Positions 21,601 through 32,926 of a stretch of 64,000 nt of DNA are shown one piece after another. The notes under the pieces were generated by a model that saw only the letters and a list, made by a program, of their open reading frames with translations, made no database searches and was not told the origin of the DNA. The stretch is from assembly GCA_043228905.1 (NCBI GenBank), contig JBHGNT010000018.1:11098001-11162000 (forward strand), in the 5' to 3' direction. This stretch comes from Azolla caroliniana. Its lineage: Eukaryota > Plantae > Polypodiophyta. A program made the position numbers and the translations under genes. The stretch's first letter is position 1. Each line of letters begins with the position of its first letter.

Positions 21601-21785
21601 AGAAGAAGAAGGTGAATTAAAAAAACACACACGATGTTGTAACGTGGTCTTCTTGTATGTCATAATACATTTTTTTATTTTCAGCTTCACAACTTGAGCA
21701 TATAGTAAGGACAAGACTGAAGACGTCTCCGCTCTTACCATTGTTTGTCAATGCACTTTATTGATATGTGATCCTCCTACCTACC

Positions 21786-21816
<31 letters not shown>

Positions 21817-22007
21817 TACTGCTACTGCATCATGTAGTAGTAGTAGCAGCAACAGCAGCAGCAGCAGCAGTAGTAGTAGTGTTGGTGGTGGTTCTTTTTC
21901 ATCTTTCTTCCTTATATGTATACTATACTTACTACTACGAACGAAATAGCGCTTGATCTGAACATATCAATTTGGAACAGCAGATAAACCAATATAATAA
22001 ACAAACC

Positions 22008-23774
22008 ATGCATTTTCATCCTCATCATTCTCGACCTCAATCAACCAGCAGCACTATGGTAGCTCCACTTTCAGTGTTTGGAAGCAGCGTGTCCATTACA
22101 CAACAAACCTTCATCGTCACAACATTTCTGGCTTTCTCATTCCTTGTCGTTGCATTTCTTCTCATGGGGATGGCTGGCGGCGGCGGCGGCAGTTCACACG
22201 TATCCCCCTCCCACTCCCCCGTGGGAAGAAGCCTCCTCCTCCTTAATATTAGACGTCGCCTGTCTGCCCATTCTACTACTCCTGTTCCTGTTCCTGTTCC
22301 TCTTGGTTTTGGTGGCACCATCCATATGAAGAAAAGAAGCAACCCCAGCATCGCTGAAGTTGCCACAGTCTTGCATGCGCTAGAAGGGCTTTATAATGAG
22401 GAGGAGGAGGAGGAGGAGGAGGAGCAACCACCTCCACCTCCACCTCCACCTCCACCTTCTTCCTTCATGCTCATCACCGGAGGAGGAGGAGGAGGAGGAG
22501 GAGGAGGAGGAGGAGGAGGAGGAGGAGGAGGAGGAGGAAGAGGAGGCTCTTGCTCCACATCTATCGGCACCCACCTCCTCACAAAGGCTTACAAAAACAA
22601 GGTGGACTATTGCAATATTCATGGTTGCAGTGTGAGGTACATTCTGGAAAGTTGGGGAGCCGCAGGAGGTTCACCAGCACCTGTCCTCCTCACACTTATG
22701 CACTCCCATCCCTCTGTACAATGGTTCCTGTGGATGGATACCCAAGCCCTGTTCACGAATCTGACCTTCGCATTTCCTTTCCACACTTACACTGCATGGG
22801 CCAAACATTTCATAGTTCCTACCTCTCTAAGCAAGGTCCTAAAAAACAAAAAAAAATTTAAAAACCAAGTTGAATCTCATTCATTTCATGAAATATTCAA
22901 TCTACTAATAATAATATATTATACATACAGTAATAAAAACTTTCGACCTTCATGTATATACATAATTTAACTGACGGTGCACCAAATTAACCGATAATTC
23001 TGAGCGTAGTGTATAGACTTAGTATAAATCTACATTATGCATGGATGCAAGATTTCCGTACTACTACTAGTGTACATACATTATAATTGATTTCTTAGTT
23101 TCTTCTACATGCAGGAAATCAAAGGATCTGATTGGAATTCTATAAATCCTACTATATTTCTAGTGAAGAATTCGGATTGGTCGTTGAAGTTTCTGACGAA
23201 GTGGAAGGAAATGATGAAGGAAGAGACCGTGGATTTAAAGATGATGGTCACAAATTTAGGTGCAGGGCAGCAGCTACATGTGGGTGAGAGGGAGCGAGAG
23301 ATTGAATCTGAGGAGGAGGAGGAGGAGGAGGACAACGTTAATATAATAATACCAGACAATGTTCCATTAGGCTCTAGTAGTAGTATGAGGTATAAGGATT
23401 CATTGGTGGAGCTGTTAGCAGAAAGCAATGGAGAAGATCAAGGAAAAGTATTTGTGGAGGATGGATACTATTTACATGGCCGTGGGGACTTCATTGTGGA
23501 GAGTTATGAGAAGATCATACAACAACAACAACAACAACAACCTTCAGATTCTTCTTCTTCAAGAAGCAATGATGAGAAGAAGCACAGGAAGAGGAGGAGG
23601 AGGACATCATGGCCCTTCATTGTGCACTTCAGTGGTTGTGAGTTTTGTGTATCTCCAGCCCATCTCTCCCAGCCTTGCTTGTCTGCTTTTCAACAAGCTT
23701 TCCATTTCGCCGACAACCAACTCCTCTCCATTGTTGGCCTGCAACACCAGCACCTCTACACCACCTTGGCCTAA
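22008..23774 (+). CDS. GT34 glycosyltransferase-like protein (XXT/GMGT family), about 495 aa; exons 22008-22835 and 23115-23774
   Basis: Type II TM segment; KNKVDYCNIHG, WFLWMDTQALFTNLTF, FLVKNSDWSLKFL, KVFVEDGYYLHG, WPFIVHFSGCEFC, AFHFADNQLL; phase-0 GT..AG intron 22836-23114. Confidence 0.9.
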
Positions 23775-24663
23775 TTTAATTGAAACATGGTTTTCAGAGC
23801 TGCATTCATTCCTTCAACTTACTTACTTACTTACTCCTCGCACTGCATGCATGCATGCCTCCCTCCCTCTCACATACATTATTATTAGTTGGGTTGGCAA
23901 CCAACCTAAATTTGCTAAATTCACCAACTAATCCATCGGGGCCATGTTATGAGCTGCTGATGACAAGACTACTACATCTCAACCATCAGCATATATTTTT
24001 AGTGCCATGACACACACCTCAAGCAATCTTACGATTTCCTCATGGAACCATAATTTGTCAAGTTTGGTTAAATCCCATATTATAGGGAGGGCATCCTTCC
24101 TTTCTTGAATTTGCTTCTATATCGGACACATCCTTCGAGTGTTGTTAACTCTTCGTTTGTGTCTAATGTGAACCTTTGCATTTATTGAACCATATATATG
24201 TATGTATTGTCCCACATAGCAAAGTCTTCCTCCATGTCTGGTCATGATGTTAAGCCTGAACCGAAAATGTGTAGATTGCATGCATCATCATGGCTCACCA
24301 GCATACGAATTTCTAGTCTCAACGGATAGCACAATCACTCTCCCACCCGGTGCTTCTTCTTCTCCTCTCTCTCTCTCTCTCCGATCATTCCCTAGCTATC
24401 CTCATCTAGTACTTCAATCTTTCTTCATAAAGTTATGGATAATTAATTTTGTTATGGTTCAAAGAACATCTCATGTGTTCCTTACAATGCTCAAGTTGAC
24501 CACATTTGCTAAGCCTTTCAGAATTGAAAATGGTCTTTTCATCCAAGGGTAACACCAAATAAAGTAATTTGCCATTAGTGGCTGTACATAGTATATGTAT
24601 GCATCATTATTAAGGTGATCCAAAGGTGTATCAAGTTATAGGAGGATGGATGGATGATGTGAG

Positions 24664-25850
24664 TGTTAGAATAGTAATATTAGAAACAAGACGTTATTTT
24701 GAAATGCACATAAGATATCAAAACCGGCTTTAGCTCCTTATTTCTTACTCAATTTTTAGAGATCAAAACCAGCTTTAGCTCCTTACTTCTTATTCAATTT
24801 ATAGTTGATACAAAGGTACCGATTTGGGTTGGCTTAGCTAAAAGGGCGTGCTAAAAGGGTGGCACAAAGGAACACATGCAAACCACAATATCATAAATAA
24901 AGAAAATAAGAATAACTAATGTAACCACCTATTAATGTGACTTTTGTTCACACTTAACGGTTACAAACGTCCATTCATGTGAGATGTGATCACAATGAAC
25001 ATTCCCATTACAAACTTCCCTATGATCTCTTTTGCCTATAAAATGTAACATCTACAATGAATACAATGTTGTCTCTCTTTCTTAATCAAACTTAAGTCAT
25101 ATATATCAAAGTGTTATACTTTGTTAGATAGCACTTTAAATTCCTACATGGTATCAAAGTTGTGTCCTAGGAATTAATGCACAACCATCAAGAAGATCGA
25201 TCTGGAAGATCTAAGAAGATGCATTCTAAAACAAGTTCAAGTTACAAACAAAACAACGTCAATATTAAATAGCACGAAAATACACCATGGAGAAACTCAA
25301 TGACAAAAATTATACTATGTGGAAATTAAGGATGAGTCTTATCCTCGAAAGAGCACAATTAATCGACATTGTGAAAGGTATTTAATACAACCTATACTAC
25401 CATCCCAGATTCAATTAATAGAATGGAAAACTAAAGATTTAGATGCATGCATGGAATTGGTCATGCATAAATTTAGTAAAAGATTTGGGAACATCGAAAG
25501 AAATATGGGATGCATTGAATGAACGCCACGAACCCTCAGACAGAACAACAAAGATTAACACCTTAAGACACCTTGTCACATTGGAAATGGAAGAAAGTGA
25601 AGCAATTGATACATTTATCAGGAAATGGAATTTACCCCTTGAGCAAGCATTATCGGCAGGTAATAAATTTGATGAAGGTATGAAATTTGATTGAATTTTG
25701 GGTGCCATACCAGATTCATGGGACACCTTCAACACTAGACATGGAAATGATGGTACTTCGAACATGACGAACATGTTCCTAAAATTGAAAAGAGAAGAGA
25801 TTCAAAGAATTAAGGGCAAGGCGAAACACAATGATGGATCAATGACAATG
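24664..25850 (+). mobile_element. Truncated copia C: 5' LTR (24664-25148), iMet PBS (25149-25159) and degenerate gag
   Basis: ...CCTACA followed by TGGTATCAAAG; gag MEKLNDKNYTMW and LGAIPDSWDTF. Confidence 0.8.
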
Positions 25851-25972
25851 CGCTCCCAAAATATATTCCTCTGCGGAATATTTGTCCAACGGCCTCCCTA
25901 TTTACGCACCGCCACACTCTCTCACTGCGCACCCAGTCTATGCATTGGTTTACGCACCCAATGTTGAGCTTG

Positions 25973-28900
25973 TATTAGAGACATGTACTAAAGTAAGCAT
26001 TAGATAAGGATAGATCTAGGTAGATAGAAAAGAAAGGAGAGAGAGAAAGAAGGGTGCCGATCCACCCGACCACCCCCGAGCGAAGGGATCGAGACGGACT
26101 CGAGCCTCGATCGGCGTCCCATACCATCACCGTGGCGTCGAATCGTACTTGCTGTTGGCGCGCTCGCTACAAGAGTTGACCCACCACAAGAGCAGAGTCT
26201 CGATGTAGTCAAAAAGATGATCAAATGAGGGTAGCTAGGCCTCTTATTTATAGCGATACCCAAGGCCCCCAGGCAACTTCACACTTGACCTAATGGGTTG
26301 TCTCAATCCCGAGGATTAAAAGTAATCCTCCCCTTCTCTACACTCTCGTTTAACCCTCACACTTATCCACATGTATAGAATACTACGGTAAATTCTCACC
26401 ACGGGATATTATATGGTCATGCCCGTAACATACTCCCCCTCTTTAAAACATTGCACTCTTGCAATGGAAAGTTAGGGAAGTTAGTTCTGAGAGTATTTTC
26501 ACGTTCCCAGCTAGCATCTTTTCTTGATTTCTCCATCGATTTTATTTTAAATTCTCGGATTTCTTTAGTACGTAATTTTTTTGCTTTAACATCGAGAATT
26601 ATTTCTGGTACATGTGGTTTAGAAGATAATTCTTCAGAAGTAACCAGAGTTTCAGTTGTAACTGTATTGTCGCCAGAACCCAGAAGTTCTTTTAGACAAC
26701 TCACATGAAAGACTGGATGAATTCCAACACCATCGGGAAGAGCGAGACGATAGGCTGATGACCCAATGCATTTTAGGACTGTAAAAGGTCCACAAAACCA
26801 TGGAGCTAACTTAGCGCACTTACCCGTAGACAATGACTTAGAATTGTGAGGTACACGTAAAAATACCTTCTATCCAGGGTTGAATACACGAGGTTGCCTA
26901 TGATGATCGGCATAAAAACGCGCTCTATCTTGAGCTGTTTTTATATTATCTCGTGCAATATGCAACATATCTTGCATATCCAGAAGAAAGTTTTGTGTAC
27001 TTCGCAACTCATCATGATGTATAGTAACATCAATCGGGGCTCGTGGCTAAAAACCATACATCAACATAAAAGGACTATATCCCGTCGACGTATGCTTGGA
27101 GTTGTTATAAGCAAACTCCAAAATTGGGAGATAACGTTCCCATTTTGTTGGTTTTGCACCAACATATGCTCAAAGCATCTCCTCAATAATTTGATTTACT
27201 CGTTCTGTTTGTCCATTTGATTGAGGATGATCCGTGGAGCTCATGCTCAACCTAGTTTCTAACTTCTTAAAGACTTGCGTCCAGAAGTCACTAGTAAATT
27301 TTGGATCTCGATCACTCACGATATCCATCGGTAACCCATAAAAACAAAATAACTCGTCAACAAATTGGTAAGCCAATTTAGGAGCTATTACCATGGTTTT
27401 AGTAGCAATAAATTTGGCCATTTTAGTTAGTCGATCAACCACAACACAGATGGCATCATTGCCTTTTTGGGTGCGAGGAAGGCTAACAATAAAATCCATG
27501 GATATACTTTCCCACTTATTATTGGGAATGTCCAAGGGATGTAAAAGTCCTGCGGCTTTAAGTTGCTCGGCTTTGTTAACCTGATATTGGTGACATTTAG
27601 TCACATACCTATGTATGTCTGGACGCATCTTAGGCCAATAAAATTCAGTGGAGATGAGAACGAGTGTACGATGTATTCCAGGGTGCGTCATGGCATTCAA
27701 AAAGAATCCTCTTTTTGACCTCGGGTAAATCTGGAACACAAACCTTCCCATTACGGTAAAGCAAACCGTTAGCAATGTGGAAGTATTCCTTCGAGGATGT
27801 GGTGGTGTCTGTTCCAGACTCAACTCTTGCCCAGTATTTTGCAAAATAACTATCATCAGGATACTTTCCTTGAAGGTGATCATAAAGATCTGATGTTATT
27901 TCAGTGAAGCTAAGCATGTTAACTTCACGAATGCAACTTAGTGCATCAGCGACAGTATTCATGGAACCTTTACGATATCATATGGAAAAATCAAAGTTCT
28001 GGATGAGATCAGCCCATCGTGCCTTACGACCTTTCAGGTCTTGTTGGTCACGAAAATATTTCAAGGACTCGTGGTCCGTAGTTACCACAAAGGGATTTCC
28101 ATAAAGATAATGGCGCCATGTTTTGAGTGCATGTATAACTGCAAATAATTCCTTTTCTTGAACAGTATACCGACATTGAGCACAGTGAAGTTTCTTACTC
28201 TCGAATGCTATTGGTTTACCATCTTGATATAAGATAGCACCTATAGCATAATCGCTTGCATCGGTTTCAACCTCAAAAGGTTTTGAAGGATCGGGTAAAA
28301 GAAGTGAAGGAGCCTTGCAAACCAGGTCCTTGAGTTCCTTAAAGGCGAGGTCTAGTGTAGCATTCCACACAATAGGTTTTGTAGACTTACGTGTTTGACC
28401 TTTTAAAAGATCAGTAAACGTCGTCGTCAATTGGGAGTAATTACGAAGGGATTTTCGCAAAAACATGACAAAACCAAGGAATGATCGAACTTCTCGTATA
28501 TTACGAAGAGTGGGCAAAAGCTTGATTTTCTCGATGCGAGAAGGATCAATTTCAACTCCTCGTTCAGTTATGAGATGTCCAAGATAAGTAATTGATTTCT
28601 TGAAGAACTCACATTTTGAGATCTTCGTATAAAATTGTTTGTCACACAATGTTTGTAAAACAAAGCGGACATGTTTCGCATGTTCTTGTAATGTACGGCT
28701 ATAAACTAAAATATCATCCAAGAAAATAACGACAAATTTTCCAACTTGTTCTCGGAAAATGTCATTCATTTCTTGTTGAAATGTAGCCGGAGCATTGGTC
28801 AAACCAAAAGGCATAACCAAAAACTCATAATGGCCATAGCGCGTACAAAATGTCGTTTTAGGAACATCGTCCTCACTTATACGAATTTGATGGTAGCCAG

Positions 28901-31900
28901 TACGGAGATCAAGTTTCGTAAAATACCAAGCTCCCTAAAGACGGTCAATTAGATCGTCAGCCCGGGGCAATGGATACGAATTCTTGATCGTCACTTTATT
29001 TAAGCGTCGATAATTAATATACATACGCCATGTGACCTCATTCTTTTTAACCAAGAGAACTGGTGCACCCCAATGAGATTTACTATAACGTATATAACCC
29101 ATTTGTAAATAGTCCTTGAGTTGCTTAGATACCTCATCCTCTTCTGATCGACATAAGCGATAAGGAGGTATACTTATTGGCGCAACACGAGGTACAATAT
29201 CTATACGATGGTCTATATTACGTTTAGGAGGTAAGCCATCAGGTAGTTCACTCCTAAAAACATCACGAAAATCATTTAAGATTTCATCAAGTTGTTGTTG
29301 TTCAAAATATGTTAATTGAACCGAGAAATTATCGATATTGTAAATGTGAATGTCCGAATCAAGTACACAAAAGAATAGAGTAGAACAAGACAACTCGGAT
29401 ATTGATGGACACGAGGAAACAATCGAGAGGGATTGTTTTTTTTACACATTGAATAAAATTAGTACAATCGTTCAGTACAAAGGAAATGGAATGATGAACC
29501 CAATCGATAGATAAAGAAGAGTTTTTATTATAAAACCAAGGATAACCCAGTATTACATTCGTGGTACAAAGATTCATTACATGGAAGTCTACTTCCTCTA
29601 TAGAAGTATCAATAGAAATTCCTAATGAATGAATCGCCCCGTTGATGTATTGTACTCTTCCATCAGCCAAGAGCACCGCGTAGGTGTGATCACTTACAGT
29701 GGGTTGGATTCCCCATATCGGAACCAAACGATCATTCAGAAAATTGTGTGAGCTTCCCGAATCAAATAAAAATTGGACAGGAGATCCATTGATATACCCG
29801 TTTGCACATAATAAGTCATTTGGACCCAATACATAGTGAGGGAAAGAACATTGACAATTACTTAAATGATGTGTATAGACCTGAAGGACATTAGGAATCT
29901 GACCTTTATGGTTTGCAGCTTTAGCTTTGTTGTCGTGCTCTTTCCGGTGGAGCTTTCGACATTGCTCTTTTGTATGACCCTTCTTTTTGCAGAATACGCA
30001 AAAAGGATGTTGTCACTTACAATCACGATCCATGAATTCGTTGGGTGTCTTGCGTTTCCCAGCGAATTGCGACTGCTTAGTCCCGGGCGCTTTGTTGGGT
30101 TTGTTGTGGTCCTTCTTCAAAGTGCGTTGATAGTGAAGAACTATTTCAATGGCCTCTTCGAAGGATTTTGGATCCTTATCGTGCACTATCCAGGGATAGT
30201 CCGAATTGGGGATGCCATTGACAAAACAAGCTATCAACCAATTGTCCCCGTCTCGACCCGAGTTTTGGATTTGGGTTCTAGCATGTTTGACATAATCTTC
30301 TAGCGAGGAAAATTTCTATTAAGTCCTATTACCCCGAGGTGCACTTAGACCTTAAGTCTAAACATGTGTTATAATCATATGTATCAAGGATGTTGTATGG
30401 TCTTGGTCATATTTGAACTCGAGACCTCGAGAACAAATGCATTAAACACTTCAGCCAACCAAGTAGGTTGCTCTTCTTTAATGTTTAATGTTTCATGCAT
30501 TTAAGAGATATGCGAGGCATTTGCCCAAAGATGTTTTTTTAAAAGAAACATATATGTCAAGAGTCCTTATTTCGCCCTCATTTACTACAACCATGTTGGT
30601 ACATTACCTAACCTCAAGTCTCGTAATTACGATGGCATACGCCAAAGTGCAACGTAAAGGTCAAGCCAAATGAGCCCTCTTTTCATAGTAGGCCCACGTG
30701 GCCCATCACATGGTCAAGTCATTACGAATGCCTCTCGTAAGAATGATCTCATGGTGGCATCATATCCATGTAATGAGGGAGGGATGTTGGATACGTGTGT
30801 TATAGGAGCGACCTCACATGAAGTGGGTCAAGCCCTACGTACTCAACATCATTATGGCTATTGGCGTTTCTTTACGTAACGAAATATCGAAGTCACCAAC
30901 GGGGATTTCAACAATAAAAAATTGTTGAAAAAAGGGATGGTGACAACACAATTCTCACAAAAATGTGAGGATGGCCACCAAGAACCTTTCCCCGAAAAGG
31001 AAAACATTCGATTTAAAATCACGTAATAACTTATATACACATATGTATATTATCACATATATACGATCAACTACGTATACACGTGACCACATATGCCTAT
31101 ATTAAAGAAATCGTTATATTTAATAGCCAAAAATGATGTAATCGAGATACGTAATCGAGGCATATACCTCCACGCACACGAGACATCCAAAAATAAGGGT
31201 TAATCGTAATACGCAATTGAGGTATTGACCTCTTATGTATACGAGACCAAACGCATATCATTTACAACAAAATTGAGGTGTTGACCTCATACGCAAATGT
31301 AACATATGTTCGTGAACGTAATACGTAATTCAGGTATTAACCTCGTACACATACGACACTCATCACATATTATTTATATGTCAAACAAGGTATTGACCTC
31401 GTGCCCATATGTAAACGTTTTAGATAACCAATTAAATACCACTACAACATCATTTGATTAATGAAAATAATCTACACATTAACCATACACATGATTAGAT
31501 GGGAGAAGAAAAAATAGACAAAAAATAACAAGAAAGATTACCGAAGTTCCTTGTTGATCCTTGTCTGCATGAAGGTCAACCGCACAACGATCGATCGCCA
31601 TCCATCGAGAAGATAAGACCAACAAAAGAAACATTAGTACATAGGCTCGGATACCAAATATTAGAGACATGTACTAAAGTAAGCATTAGATAAGGATAGA
31701 TCTAAGTAGATAGAAAGAAAGGAGAGAGAGAAAGAAGGGTGTCGATCCACCCGACCACCCCCGAGCGAAGGGATCGAAACGGACTTGAGCCTCGATCGGC
31801 ATCCCATACCACCGTCGTGGCGTCGAGTCGTACCTGGTGCTGGCACGCTCGCTACAAGAGTTGACCCACCACAAGACAGAGTCTCGACGTAGTCAACCAG

Positions 31901-32115
31901 TTAGTCAAATGAGGGTAGCTAGGCCTCTTATTTATAGCAATACCCAAGGCCCCCAGGCAAGTTCACACTTGGCCTAATGGGTTGTCTCAATCCCGACGAT
32001 TTAAAAGTAATCCTCCCCTTCTCTACACTCTCGTTTAACCCTCACACTTATCCACGTGTATAGAATACTACGGTAAATTCTCACCACGGGATATTATATG
32101 GTCATGCCCGTAACA
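25973..32115 (-). mobile_element. Chromoviral Ty3/gypsy copy 1 (degenerate, gag start deleted)
   Basis: LTRs 25973-26430 and 31659-32115; TSD GCTTG; PBS TGGTATCCGAGC (31645-31656); PPT AAAGAGGGGGAGTA; chromodomain-like PEIILD...DASWE. Confidence 0.95.
26417..30316 (-). pseudogene. gag-pol of chromovirus copy 1, with stops and frameshifts
   Basis: [40 protein letters not shown]. Confidence 0.92.
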
Positions 32116-32926
32116 GCTTGTATCTCAACAGATATGCTTATCGTTGGTAAAAACAAGGATGAGTTATCCTTGTTGAAGAAAAACTTGAGCCAGCTTTTGA
32201 CATGATGCATTTGGGAGACGCAAAACATATTCTTGGTATGTGTATTACTCATGATAGGAGTAAGCGGTGTGTCAAAATTCGGATATGATTCTTGTGAAGC
32301 AGAAGATATGTGAGTTATGTGTGTGTATGTGAGAGAGTGAGAGAGAGAGAGAGAGAGACAAGGAGTGAGACACAGAGAATACGCAAGATAAAAGTATATT
32401 AACAAAGGAGAAAGACTCAACACTTTACAAGGTGGGAGGAGGGTGCTTTATATAGTCACCCTCTCTCTTCATTAACTACAAGACTCACGGAGCATGGGGA
32501 ATGTGAAAGCTCATAAGTTATGTGTCATAGAATAGGATTCTATGACTCATACTAAATGCTAGAATACAAAGTGGTGACATAATCGTGACTCTTGATCGTT
32601 GGAGTGTATATTCACTCTCAAGGTGAGTTCACACACTAGACCAAGTTGAGCTTGATTCTCAACACGCCCCCTCAAGCTCAAGTCGGGTCGGTTTCAGACG
32701 GTATCTAAAATCCACTCCGACTCACGTTCCGGAGTCCGCGTCGACTCGCTTTATGCGGAGTTGCGGAATCCATGCTCCAGCTTGTGTTGTGCGTAGTTGC
32801 GAAGTCTATGCTTCGGCTTGCGTCTTTCTTCGCGGCTTTGTGCGATAGATCGGCTCTTCGTGGCTTCGTTGCGTGGTTGCGGAATCCACACGTTATTGCG
32901 TAGTGTGCGGTTGCGGAATCTACGTG

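Noticed and set aside
26000-26263. Recurrent ORFs within chromovirus LTRs (also 37222-37482 and 43774-44046)
   Set aside because: Non-ATG starts, frame varies among the LTR copies, and no recognisable domain.
30488-30879. Short ORFs (61 and 69 aa) repeated at 42594-42985
   Set aside because: Antisense to the chromovirus leader; similarity is explained by recent common ancestry of the two copies.
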